A stretch of DNA of 64,000 nucleotides from an uncultured Candidatus Saccharibacteria bacterium (GTDB taxonomy: Bacteria > Patescibacteriota > Saccharimonadia > Saccharimonadales > JAGQNJ01). Location of the stretch: the NCBI GenBank assembly GCA_964584895.1, contig CAZPAW010000002.1, forward strand, positions 2,748-66,747, in the 5' to 3' direction. The notes below the pieces were generated by a model. That model was not told where the DNA came from and ran no database searches. It saw nothing but the letters and a program-made list of their open reading frames with translations. Of the stretch, positions 38,587 to 47,484 are shown in pieces (position 1 is the stretch's first letter; each line of letters opens with the position of its first letter). The position numbers and the translations under genes are program-made.

Positions 38587-38623
38587 CCATCGGGACTTTC
38601 TCACATTTGACGATCCCGAAATA
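38587..38623 (-). pseudogene. tRNA-Gln-derived fragment (5' 12 nt plus 3' acceptor-like segment, internal arms missing)
   Basis: gacgatcccgaaata at 38609-38623 is identical to 38407-38421. The minus strand reads TTCGGGATCGTC-aaatgtgagaa-AGTCCCGAtgg. Confidence 0.5.
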
Positions 38624-38902
38624 ATATATACATTATAAACTCTTTTTCAAATCTTCGAGTCAGATTATTGCCGTCTGTGACCATCTGGCAAATTTGGCAT
38701 TAAAAAAACGCAATTATTTTATTAAACAATTTATTTAATTCTCTATACAATTTTAAAGATAAATAATACAAAATTAATTCAATATTTTAAAAGGTCTTAC
38801 AATCTAGAACTAACCTATCTAAATTAGATACTGAACTTGATTGATTTATTGTTATACGATATAGTTGTGCTTATCATACAAAGATAAAAAGGAGAATTAG
38901 AT

Positions 38903-39178
38903 ATGGATGATCAAAACAACAACCCAACACCAGGAGTCCCACCAAGTGATAACCCAGTAACCCCACCTGCGCCAGCAGTAGATCCAGGTGTAATGCCTGC
39001 GGAACCAGCAGCACCAGTTGACCCTGCACCAGCAGTAGATCCAGGCGTAATGCCTGCGGAACCAGCAGCACCAGTTGACCCTGCACCAGCAGTAGATCCA
39101 GGCGTAATGCCTGCGGAACCAGCAGCACCAGTTGACCCTGCACAACCTCCGCAAGATCCAAACGCGCCCCAAGTTTAA
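38903..39178 (+). CDS. proline-rich tandem-repeat protein (91 aa)
   Basis: SD AAAGGAG lies 8 nt before the ATG. Encodes 3x PAPAVDPGVMPAEPAAPVD. The + strand is preferred over the two antisense ORFs because of the SD and the terminator. Confidence 0.65.
   Translation: MDDQNNNPTPGVPPSDNPVTPPAPAVDPGVMPAEPAAPVDPAPAVDPGVMPAEPAAPVDPAPAVDPGVMPAEPAAPVDPAQPPQDPNAPQV
38966..39143 (+). repeat. three 57-bp in-frame tandem repeats plus 7 nt of a fourth
   Basis: Units at 38966-39022, 39023-39079 and 39080-39136. Units 2 and 3 are identical. Unit 1 differs at 2 synonymous positions. Confidence 0.95.
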
Positions 39179-39200
39179 TTAGTGCATATTACATCAAAAT

Positions 39201-39234
39201 AGAGCCGAGGATAATTAATCGGCTCTGTTTTTTT
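39201..39234. terminator. hairpin terminator shared by convergent genes
   Basis: agagccga-10 nt loop-tcggctct followed by gttttttt. The 3' arm overlaps the stop region of the minus-strand K+ channel gene. Confidence 0.65.
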
Positions 39235-39565
39235 GTTTTCTATCTTCTAGAGAATCTTGTCTTTTTGCGATTCTTTGCATTGCGGCTCGCTTTATCAGGT
39301 AGTTAATAACCGCTGCAAAAATTCCGATACCAATAACTACATAAAAAGTAGTAAAGATTTTGCCTGCGTCTGTTCTTGGAACGATATCTCCGTATCCAAT
39401 AGTAGTAAGAGTGATTACGCAAAAATATAAGGAATCTAACCAAGATAATGACTCTACCTGATGATAAAAAATGACTCCGATTAATATGACGATTACACCA
39501 GTTAGTGCTATATATTTAGGATCTGGCGGTCGTCTCAGCTTTGGCTCCATAACGCTATTATACAT
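39215..39565 (-). CDS. minimal two-TM potassium channel
   Basis: Selectivity filter TTIGYGD between two TM helices; 116 aa. Confidence 0.9.
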   Translation of the reverse strand: MYNSVMEPKLRRPPDPKYIALTGVIVILIGVIFYHQVESLSWLDSLYFCVITLTTIGYGDIVPRTDAGKIFTTFYVVIGIGIFAAVINYLIKRAAMQRIAKRQDSLEDRKQKNRAD

Positions 39566-39600
39566 ATGATTTAGTTAATGATGGTATAATTAACAGCGTT

Positions 39601-40146
39601 ATGCATGAGTATAATGAAGACCTAGTGTACCCTCCGCAGGATCTACTAACAAAAACAAATAATAAAGAATACAAAAAGTTAGCACTCGTTTTTGTGCTAA
39701 TTTGTTTGTGCGCTACAATAATGAGTTTTGTTCTGGGTTTTGATTGGCAAGAATGGTTAAGGTGGTTTATGGCCGGTCTATTTATAATGTTTGGAAGCTT
39801 TAAACTAATTGGCTACGAAGATTTTATTAAGTCTTTCCCTGAATATAATCCTATAGCTAAAAAAATCCCAGTATATAACTATATTTATCCATTCATAGAA
39901 TTGTTTCTAGGTTTTTTATTTGCAGCAAATTTAGCACCATTATTCAGAGATGCCGTAACAATATTTATAATGAGTATAGGATGTATTGGAATCTTGAATG
40001 TACTATCGAATACGAATCGATACATTCCCTGGGTATATATAGACGGAATAATACGGTTACCAGTATCAAATTTTACTTTATACAAAGAAGTGGTAATGGA
40101 TGTTGTAGCGGGAATAATGCTTGTTAGTTTCTTTATTTTTAAGTAA
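39601..40146 (+). CDS. integral membrane protein, unassigned
   Basis: Four to five hydrophobic segments. No motif recognised. Confidence 0.55.
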   Translation: MHEYNEDLVYPPQDLLTKTNNKEYKKLALVFVLICLCATIMSFVLGFDWQEWLRWFMAGLFIMFGSFKLIGYEDFIKSFPEYNPIAKKIPVYNYIYPFIELFLGFLFAANLAPLFRDAVTIFIMSIGCIGILNVLSNTNRYIPWVYIDGIIRLPVSNFTLYKEVVMDVVAGIMLVSFFIFK

Positions 40147-40155
40147 AATTATTGT

Positions 40156-40695
40156 ATGAAAAACTTTTTGATCAAAATGTCAAGAAAACGGAGACTCATG
40201 GTTCCGGTTGTGACATTAATGGCAATAGGCATTGGTATCAGCGGTTACTATATTGACAATCAACGAATCTTGAAAGAAGAACAACAGCAACAACAACAAG
40301 AACAAATCCAGCTACAAAATGAAAATCAAGATTTACAAAAATTCGATCAAATTGATGAAATTAATGACAATAAAGATACGCAGTCTACGACGGATAATTC
40401 TTCAAAATCAAGCCCTGGCCACGGCGGCGTTCAGTACGTAGTAGATGTTGATGCAACATCTCAAAAAGATAAAGTTTATGTTAATGCAGTAATAGAAGCC
40501 TCTGAGCCGGGGAGTTGCTTAATTAGCTTAAAACAAGGAGGATTTGGTCCAGAAACAGAAGTCCAAACTGTAGGCGGAAGCTGTGAGGCCGTAATAGAGA
40601 AACCTGGTAGTGGAGTGTGGAACGTCAACGTCATTTACAATTCTAATGATGGCAAGCAGACTGGCAGTGGCTCGTCGACCATAGAAATCACATAA
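40156..40695 (+). CDS. membrane-anchored/secreted hypothetical protein with Gln-rich linker
   Basis: N-terminal TM, EEQQQQQQEQIQLQ linker, Cys-containing beta-rich C-terminus. TAAAAT lies 6 nt before the ATG. Confidence 0.55.
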   Translation: MKNFLIKMSRKRRLMVPVVTLMAIGIGISGYYIDNQRILKEEQQQQQQEQIQLQNENQDLQKFDQIDEINDNKDTQSTTDNSSKSSPGHGGVQYVVDVDATSQKDKVYVNAVIEASEPGSCLISLKQGGFGPETEVQTVGGSCEAVIEKPGSGVWNVNVIYNSNDGKQTGSGSSTIEIT

Positions 40696-40781
40696 GTCTC
40701 TTATTAATAGTCATTCATAAAATATTGTATTATTAATCTATATTGCTTATGATTAGATTGGAAGTGAGAGACTTCCAGTAT

Positions 40782-40816
40782 AGACCCGAGCATCACCGCT
40801 TGGGTCTCTTGTTTTT
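40782..40816 (+). terminator. rho-independent terminator
   Basis: agacccgag-catcaccg-cttgggtct (9-bp stem with one G-U pair) followed by cttgttttt. Confidence 0.7.
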
Positions 40817-40840
40817 AAATGTTAGCATAAGAGTTATTGT

Positions 40841-41764
40841 ATGGCTTCTAAAAAACAAAAGACTACACTTACGACAACAATTGCATTGATTATTGCTTAT
40901 TCTCTTTGGGGTATCAATACGCCCTTGATAAAAATAGGGGTTGAGGATATACCGATATCTATTTTTATAACCATAAAAATGCTTGGAGCAGCGGTTGTTA
41001 TTGCCCCTTTTGCTTTTATGTCATGGAAGCCACTTAAAATAAAAACTTATCTAGTTTTAATCACCAGCGCATTAATATGGATTAGTATAGGTAATTTAGC
41101 TTTTTACAGTGGTCTCGCCAAAGCGCCAAGTATCAACGCTGCACTCTTAGAATTACTTGGCCCATTATTGCTTTTTGGTTTTTCGGTTCAGTATTTAAAG
41201 GAAGGTTTTAGTATAAAAACTTTCTTGGGTATATTAATTGCATTAGTTGGGACCCTATTTGTAATCGGCCAACCCTTAGTTTATGGCGATGCCAATTCAC
41301 CAGTTAACATCGGTAATTTTTTGTTTTTGTTGGCAGTTTTTTGCCATGTAATTGGAACAGTTCTAGTCAAGCCACAGTTAAATAAAGTTGGCGCAGCACA
41401 AGCTACATTCATTCATTTAGTCTTTGGCGTGATTCCAATTGCGATATATTCTTTGTTCCAGCTTGATAATTGGTCGATTACTGAAGTAGACACAAATAGC
41501 TCGGTCGCTATTATGTACGGTATTTTTGTTGTAACATTAGCAAATTTTTTATTGGTATTCGCCTTAAAAAGAAAAAAAGCTCAAGATATAGGCCCTTTCT
41601 TTTATATACAACCAATAGTGACTTTTATTGTGGCCGCTATTGTTCTTAAGGAATATCCGAATTCTGTATTTATTGTTGGATGTATGTTGGTTTTTTTGGG
41701 GATTTATTTAGCAGAGGCCAAATTGCCAGACAGATTACATATTCATTATCGTCATAATCGCTGA
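40841..41764 (+). CDS. DMT superfamily (EamA-type) transporter
   Basis: 10 TM segments in two EamA-like halves. Confidence 0.85.
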   Translation: MASKKQKTTLTTTIALIIAYSLWGINTPLIKIGVEDIPISIFITIKMLGAAVVIAPFAFMSWKPLKIKTYLVLITSALIWISIGNLAFYSGLAKAPSINAALLELLGPLLLFGFSVQYLKEGFSIKTFLGILIALVGTLFVIGQPLVYGDANSPVNIGNFLFLLAVFCHVIGTVLVKPQLNKVGAAQATFIHLVFGVIPIAIYSLFQLDNWSITEVDTNSSVAIMYGIFVVTLANFLLVFALKRKKAQDIGPFFYIQPIVTFIVAAIVLKEYPNSVFIVGCMLVFLGIYLAEAKLPDRLHIHYRHNR

Positions 41765-41834
41765 TTTTTTACGCAAGATTAGCAAAAAAGGTAATCTCGT
41801 TTTGCAAAGCTTTGTTGCTGCTGCCTACTCTTTT

Positions 41835-42257
41835 TTATTGGATTTTACATTTATTGCAAATACCGCGGATTTCTAATTGATGAGTCGTGTCCGTAAATCC
41901 ATATTTACCGGCTAATGATTTAATACTATCCTCTACAGAACTATCTTCTTTTGTGGGTACGGTAGTGTTACAACTAGTGCAAGTTATATGGTGATGATGA
42001 TGGTTGTAAGTGTCTGATAATTCGATTTTATATTTCCAGCCGATCTGTAGCCTTTGTACAATTCCTAAACTTTCGAATAACTCTAGATTTCTGTATAAGC
42101 TTGCGCGGTCCAGTCGACCTTCTAGATTAGCGAATAGTTCTCCAACAGATTGAGGCTCTTTGTTGAGCAGTGCGTTGAACACTAGTGCTCTGGTTTTAGT
42201 AAGACTATTTCCACTATTTTTGAGAGCTTTTTGGAAAAGTTCTGTTTCTGTTCTCAT
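41835..42257 (-). CDS. Fur family transcriptional regulator, probably Zur
   Basis: Winged-helix N-terminus (LTKTRALVFNALL...). HHHHHITCTSC and CNKC metal sites. Divergent from a ZIP zinc transporter gene. Confidence 0.85.
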   Translation of the reverse strand: MRTETELFQKALKNSGNSLTKTRALVFNALLNKEPQSVGELFANLEGRLDRASLYRNLELFESLGIVQRLQIGWKYKIELSDTYNHHHHHITCTSCNTTVPTKEDSSVEDSIKSLAGKYGFTDTTHQLEIRGICNKCKIQ

Positions 42258-42260
42258 AAT

Positions 42261-42280
42261 GCAATTTTATATGAAATTGC
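42261..42280. promoter_or_regulatory. candidate Fur/Zur operator in the divergent promoter region
   Basis: Inverted repeat GCAATTT-tatatg-AAATTGC, followed by the palindrome CAAATTTG at 42283-42290. Confidence 0.4.
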
Positions 42281-42342
42281 GACAAATTTGCAAATATTGA
42301 TTTTAGCTTTAAAATGAGACATATTATTAAGAGGATAAAAAC

Positions 42343-43221
42343 ATGGCAAATATGCTACAGGTAATAATTTTTTCAGCGTTGGGCGGGGTCGTATCTTTGA
42401 TAGGTGGGGTTCTATTGCTAGGTAACAGAAAGGCTGCTCAGAAACTCGCTATTTATGCTACGCCGTTTGCTGGTGGTGCACTGCTTGCGGCTGTGTTCTT
42501 AGATTTACTATATGAGGGTGTCGAATCTAGCGAGCCAAAAACAGTTCTCATTTCGTCACTTGTTGGTATTTTGTTATTTTTTGTTGCAGAAGGTTTCTTG
42601 CACTGGTTTCATCATCATCACGAACACAAGGACAGTAAGAGAGACCCAAAAATATCATTAATTATTTTGGGTGACACGCTTCATAATGCGCTTGATGGCG
42701 TGGCAATTGCTGCCTCGTTTTTGATTAGCGTACCAACTGGTATTGTTACGACGATAGCTGTTGCAGCTCATGAAATACCTCAAGAAATAGGTGATTTTGG
42801 TTTGCTGTTGTCAAAGGGCATGAAACGAAGAGAAGTTTTAGTTTTTAATTTTCTTAGTGCTATTGCGACCGTGCTGTTTGCGGTCTTAACGTTTGCATTA
42901 GGTAGCGAGGACAAACTACCAATAGGCATACTGCTAGGCCTAAGTGCTGGGTTTTTGTTATATATAGCTATGAGCGATGTTATCCCAACCATACACGCTA
43001 AAAAAGATCAAAAGAATAAGTTTATGATACAAGCAATGCTTCTACTGTTTGGGGTTCTGTTTGTTGGGCTAACCATTCAACTAGCACATCAATATATTGA
43101 TGCGGGTCACGACCACGACTCTAAAAATGATACCCAAAATGTTGAGGAACATAATCATAGCCATGAAGCTGAAGAAGTCCATGACGAACATGGCGCTGAA
43201 GAAGACAGTCACGAACATTGA
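42343..43221 (+). CDS. ZIP family metal (zinc) transporter with His-rich C-terminus
   Basis: HEIPQEIGDF signature. HWFHHHHEHKD loop. C-terminal HDHD...HNHSHEAEEVHDEHG. Confidence 0.9.
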   Translation: MANMLQVIIFSALGGVVSLIGGVLLLGNRKAAQKLAIYATPFAGGALLAAVFLDLLYEGVESSEPKTVLISSLVGILLFFVAEGFLHWFHHHHEHKDSKRDPKISLIILGDTLHNALDGVAIAASFLISVPTGIVTTIAVAAHEIPQEIGDFGLLLSKGMKRREVLVFNFLSAIATVLFAVLTFALGSEDKLPIGILLGLSAGFLLYIAMSDVIPTIHAKKDQKNKFMIQAMLLLFGVLFVGLTIQLAHQYIDAGHDHDSKNDTQNVEEHNHSHEAEEVHDEHGAEEDSHEH

Positions 43222-43240
43222 TATCTGATACAATATATAT

Positions 43241-44317
43241 ATGAACGCAACGGGGGTGATTATAATATTGATTGTACTAGGCTTTGGTATGATTATTTTT
43301 CTCTTGCAGAAAAATAATAGCTCCAGAGATACAAGTGCGACCCAGCTGCTAAAAACAGATCTTGATAATTTAAATAAAGGTGTTGGTGAGTTAAAAGAGT
43401 CGTTAAATGAGAATCTTAATAAAAAGTTGGCTGATTCTCAATCACAAATGGCTAGTAGTATGCAAAAACAATTTTCTCAGAGCGCAAAAATCATTGCTGA
43501 TGTAACTAATCGATTAACAAAACTAGATGAAACAAATCAACGCGTAGTAAATGTCGCTGATGAGCTTAAGTCATTACAGAATGTACTACAGAATCCGAAA
43601 CAAAGGGGTGTGCTGGGCGAGTTTTATCTAGAACAAATTTTACAAAATCTTCTACCACGCAGTTCTTATGATTTACAACACAAAATTGATGATGGTTATA
43701 TAGTTGACGCTGTTATATATCTAGATGATAAGATTTTGCCAATTGACAGTAAATTTAGTCTAGAGAATTATAATCGTCTGGTAGATGCTAAGGGCGAACA
43801 ACGAAAAATATTAGAAAATAAATTTAAAGAAGATTTGAAAAAACGAATTGATGAAACAAGCAAATATATAAAACCTAAAAAAGGCACTCTTGATCAGGCG
43901 TTAATGTTTATTCCGAGTGAAGCTATATATTATGACTTGCTTGCCAATAGAGTTGGTGCGAGTGGTGTGAATGGACGAGATCTGATGCAATATGCCGCAG
44001 TGGATAAACACGTGACAATTGTCGGCCCCAGCACTTTATCAGCGATGCTTCAGGTTATTGTTCAGGGCATAAAAAGCCTTGAAATACAAAAAGACACAGA
44101 AGTTATAAAAAAGAACATTGAACAATTGCAAAAACACCTGATTGGTTACGATGTGTATTTTAAAAAAGTTGGTACTTCGCTTGGTGCGACAGTTGGTCAT
44201 TACAATAATGCCAATAGAGAACTAGGAAAGATTGATAAAGATATTATCAAAATTGGTGGCGGTGAAACCGTGTTAGAGCCGATGGTAATAGATCGTCCAA
44301 TTAGCGATGAATCTTAG
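43241..44317 (+). CDS. rmuC: DNA recombination protein RmuC
   Basis: N-terminal TM, coiled coil, then the RmuC core (GEFYLEQIL...DAVIYLDDKILPIDSKF...ALMFIPSEAIY). Confidence 0.9.
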   Translation: MNATGVIIILIVLGFGMIIFLLQKNNSSRDTSATQLLKTDLDNLNKGVGELKESLNENLNKKLADSQSQMASSMQKQFSQSAKIIADVTNRLTKLDETNQRVVNVADELKSLQNVLQNPKQRGVLGEFYLEQILQNLLPRSSYDLQHKIDDGYIVDAVIYLDDKILPIDSKFSLENYNRLVDAKGEQRKILENKFKEDLKKRIDETSKYIKPKKGTLDQALMFIPSEAIYYDLLANRVGASGVNGRDLMQYAAVDKHVTIVGPSTLSAMLQVIVQGIKSLEIQKDTEVIKKNIEQLQKHLIGYDVYFKKVGTSLGATVGHYNNANRELGKIDKDIIKIGGGETVLEPMVIDRPISDES

Positions 44318-44382
44318 GTCGTTTTCGTTCGCATATATAACGTTATTGCTTTACAATAAATATCGATGAAAAGAGTAGAACG

Positions 44383-45099
44383 ATGATTGAAGTTAAAGAC
44401 GTCAGTAAGGTTTATGGAAAAAAAGATAATCTTTTCATTGCATTAAAAGATGTCAGTTTTAGTATCCCAAACGGTGCGACTGTCGCTATTCTTGGTAAAA
44501 GTGGAAGCGGCAAAAGTACTCTAATGCATGTTATGAGCGGAATTGATCATCCAAGCGAAGGTGAGATTGTAATTGATGGTCAAGATTTACATAGACTCAA
44601 ACGGAAAGCCATGGATAAGTTTCGGGCTGAAACTATGAGTTTTATTTTTCAAGCATTTTTTGTAGAGGCCAACCAATCGTGTTACCAAAATGTAGTATTA
44701 CCACTAGAAATCGCTGGTGTTGCAAGTAAAAAAAGAAAAGATTTGGTCGAACGAGCCTTAAAAAAAGTGGAACTCGCTGACAAGATTAATTCTAAGGCGA
44801 AAGATCTATCCGGTGGTCAAAAACAAAGATTAGCTATTGCAAGGTCAATAGTTAATAAACCTAAGTATATTTTTGCCGATGAACCAACCGGTAATCTTGA
44901 TACAACTACAGGAGAAACAATCATACAGCTGTTATTCGATCTAAACAAAAAACTAGGTTGTACTGTATGTATTGTTACGCACGATGAAGATCTAGCAGAT
45001 AGATGCCAGATTCAAATTAAGATCAAAGATGGAGAAGTCCAGTCAGTGAAAAATTCAAAACAACCAAACAAAATATCCAAACAAAGGAAAAATATATGA
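44383..45099 (+). CDS. ABC transporter ATP-binding protein (MacB/LolD/FtsE-like)
   Basis: Walker A GKSGSGKST, signature LSGGQKQR, Walker B IFADEPT. Confidence 0.95.
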   Translation: MIEVKDVSKVYGKKDNLFIALKDVSFSIPNGATVAILGKSGSGKSTLMHVMSGIDHPSEGEIVIDGQDLHRLKRKAMDKFRAETMSFIFQAFFVEANQSCYQNVVLPLEIAGVASKKRKDLVERALKKVELADKINSKAKDLSGGQKQRLAIARSIVNKPKYIFADEPTGNLDTTTGETIIQLLFDLNKKLGCTVCIVTHDEDLADRCQIQIKIKDGEVQSVKNSKQPNKISKQRKNI

Positions 45100-46469
45100 G
45101 GATTTTTGACACGGTTAGAAGGGCTGGTCGCTCACTCTCTAGCGCAAAGGCTAGAACTATTCTTACCTCACTTGCGATAGGAGTAGGTGCGTTCGCTTTG
45201 ACGCTAACTATATCAGCCAGTAATGGCGCTCAAAATTTTGTTAATCAAATAATTTCAGATAATTTTGATCCAGCTGAACTAGTTGTTACTAAAGACGAGG
45301 CTGTGTTTGGTAGCGCTAATACCGACAAGCCTCGCGAGTACGATCCAAGCTTTGGTGATTTTGCATCAAATGCTGGAGCCCCAATACAGATAAAAAGAAT
45401 AACTGACGATGATATTAAAACGATAAAATCAATTGAGGGGGTGGAATCTGTCAGGGAAGATATTGTAGTAAACCTACAATATATTACTCGGGAAGATCAA
45501 AAAAAATATGTTGGAACTCTTGCCGTTTTTAGTCCGTATCAAAAGCCTGATTTATTAGCAGGAAGTATCCCAAATCCACTGAATAATAAAAAACTATTAC
45601 TGCCCGAGGGTTTTGTTTATTCGTTAGGATTCAGTAGTCCAGAAGATGCGATAGGTAAAAAAATCACCTTAGTCGTTAATAAGCCTTTTGATCAAACTGC
45701 GGTTGATAAAGCATTATCAAGTGGCCAGCCTTTTGATAAGAATAATCTAGAAGAGCTATCAAAACCAAAATCTGTTAAGACTGATTTTACGATAGCTGCA
45801 GTGTTGAAAAAACCAACCACGGTCCAGCCGGGTACTGAATTATACTTATATGCTGGCGTTGATGACGTTAGAGAACTAAATGATATCAAAACCAAAGGGA
45901 CGGATAATTATCGGAAGTATTTTGATGTTTTTGTGCGTGTAGTTGATGGAGAAAATAATGAAAAACTAGTTGCGACACAAAATACGATCAAAAATATGGG
46001 TTATGAAGCGCAAAGCGTTGAAGACACGCAAGAATTTTTGACCCAAATTATTAGTGTACTTCAAGGTATTGTTGCGACATTTGGTTTTATTGCTGTGATC
46101 GCCTCTGTATTTGGTGTAGTTAATACTATGTATATTAGCGTTCTACAAAGAACGCGTGAAATCGGGTTAATGAAAGCATTAGGTATGAGAAAACGAGATG
46201 TAGGAAGATTATTTAGGCTAGAAGCTGCTTGGATCGGATTTATCGGAGGGGCTATCGGGGCGATAACAGCCTTTATTCTAGGGACACTCCTTAACCCGTG
46301 GATTACAGAAAAACTTCAACTTGGCGAGGGAAATGATTTATTGATATTCGAACCTAGACAAATTGCAATGCTTATCATCGCATTAATGATAGTCGCCACC
46401 CTTGCCGGTTTATTGCCTGCACGTAAAGCAGCAAAACTGGATCCAATAGAAGCCCTTAGAACTGAATAA
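45096..46469 (+). CDS. ABC transporter permease, FtsX/MacB-type
   Basis: TM1, large periplasmic loop, C-terminal FtsX domain (REIGLMKALGMRKRDV). ATGA overlap with the ATPase gene. Confidence 0.9.
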   Translation: MRIFDTVRRAGRSLSSAKARTILTSLAIGVGAFALTLTISASNGAQNFVNQIISDNFDPAELVVTKDEAVFGSANTDKPREYDPSFGDFASNAGAPIQIKRITDDDIKTIKSIEGVESVREDIVVNLQYITREDQKKYVGTLAVFSPYQKPDLLAGSIPNPLNNKKLLLPEGFVYSLGFSSPEDAIGKKITLVVNKPFDQTAVDKALSSGQPFDKNNLEELSKPKSVKTDFTIAAVLKKPTTVQPGTELYLYAGVDDVRELNDIKTKGTDNYRKYFDVFVRVVDGENNEKLVATQNTIKNMGYEAQSVEDTQEFLTQIISVLQGIVATFGFIAVIASVFGVVNTMYISVLQRTREIGLMKALGMRKRDVGRLFRLEAAWIGFIGGAIGAITAFILGTLLNPWITEKLQLGEGNDLLIFEPRQIAMLIIALMIVATLAGLLPARKAAKLDPIEALRTE

Positions 46470-46541
46470 TTAACATACCTTATTGTCTAGACAGACATAA
46501 AATGCTAATGTTAAAATACAAACAAGACAATAAAATCAAAA

Positions 46542-47384
46542 ATGAAACAAAATAAAAAACATATAAATCCGGCCCATCGTAATATTAGACATGCAACAAT
46601 TAATTATAATAAGCATAAGTCAGTAAATACTTTAACGAAATTCTTTACGCTAATAATCCTAGTTATTTTGATTGGCTTTGTCGGCCTTAATCTATTGCGA
46701 AAGTACAATAATGATTCGAGCTCGTTAGCAGATGCAACAACAGTAGGCAAATATAACGTTAAGCTAAAAAATTTAGGTTCTAAAAAGACCTTTAGAACTT
46801 GGACTAGTACAAATCTGTATGACTTAAAAACACTAAGGGTTGTAAAAAGTCTGCCTGTTGGGAGTAATATTGGCTCTAACACTCTTGCCTATAAAAATGG
46901 GGGATTCTTTTATTTAGCGAGTTCCGCAAAGAATAAAGGAAGATATCACGGTGTTTTTATTAGTAAAGTTTTCGAAGTTAGGTCAGGCGCAAAAGCAGTT
47001 TTTGCAGGCTCTTTAGTACCAATAAGAAACGGTATGCCATTGACGAACCAAAAAACCAATGGCGGGACTTGTACTGCAAGAAGGCTTTGGCATAGTGGTC
47101 TAAACAACAATCTTGTAGCGGCAGTACAAAGAGTACAGCTTGAGACAGGTAAACACGTTCCTATGAATACAGCCTACCGTACTTATAATGAACAGCTTTG
47201 TCTGTGGAATAAATTAGGTCAAAATCCATCTAAAGTAGCCCGTCCAGGTCAGTCAAATCACAACCGGGGACTTGCCATAGATGTTGAATCATCCTTTGCT
47301 AATGCCTATCAAGATACATTTAGAAAATTCAAATTATGTCGGCCGATGTCGTACGAGCCTTGGCATTTCGAGCTTTGTCAGTAA
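46542..47384 (+). CDS. membrane-anchored peptidase M15 (VanY / D-Ala-D-Ala carboxypeptidase-like)
   Basis: ARPGQSNHNRGLAIDV and EPWHFE zinc-site motifs. Confidence 0.8.
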   Translation: MKQNKKHINPAHRNIRHATINYNKHKSVNTLTKFFTLIILVILIGFVGLNLLRKYNNDSSSLADATTVGKYNVKLKNLGSKKTFRTWTSTNLYDLKTLRVVKSLPVGSNIGSNTLAYKNGGFFYLASSAKNKGRYHGVFISKVFEVRSGAKAVFAGSLVPIRNGMPLTNQKTNGGTCTARRLWHSGLNNNLVAAVQRVQLETGKHVPMNTAYRTYNEQLCLWNKLGQNPSKVARPGQSNHNRGLAIDVESSFANAYQDTFRKFKLCRPMSYEPWHFELCQ

Positions 47385-47484
47385 TTATTGAGACTACGTG
47401 AACTGTCTATTTACTGGGTATAATCACTGCAGAGCTTGTCTATTGGGAGTATAATATAGGTAGATAAACAAAGGAGATATTACT

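Noticed and set aside
38530-38610. RNase P RNA or SRP RNA, because the minus strand reads GAGAAAGUCCC (like the RNase P CR-I GAGGAAAGUCC) and CCGGAAGCA (like SRP helix 8)
   Set aside because: Only about 200 nt are available between the tRNA and the AT-rich spacer, and the other conserved RNase P regions are absent. The GGAA loop cannot be closed by the flanking bases in the SRP manner, and AGCA is on the wrong side of the helix.
38626-38900. The very AT-rich 280-bp spacer as a replication origin
   Set aside because: I found no DnaA-box-like 9-mers (TTATCCACA or its complement) and no dnaA or dnaN nearby. It is more simply a promoter or UP-element region.
38966-39143. Possible CRISPR array
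   Set aside because: The 57-bp units are directly contiguous with no spacers and are in-frame coding sequence. No cas genes are nearby.
38874-39172. Two minus-strand ORFs (95 and 91 aa) across the 57-bp repeats
   Set aside because: Repeats keep all frames open. Only the plus-strand ORF has an SD (AAAGGAG) and a downstream terminator. The minus-strand products are Leu/Trp/Cys-rich repeat artefacts.
40696-40781. Riboswitch or leader upstream of the EamA transporter (hairpin ggaagt-gagag-acttcc at 40760-40776 followed by the terminator)
   Set aside because: I recognise no known riboswitch consensus. The hairpins are adequately explained as the 3' end and terminator region of gene 40156-40695.
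44366-44386. Six-codon upstream mini-ORF (MKRVER) whose TGA overlaps the ATG of the ABC ATPase gene (ATGA), 8 nt after a TACAAT box
   Set aside because: It is too short to support from sequence alone, and an AAGAG SD-like element for the main ORF lies inside it. I note it only as a possibility.
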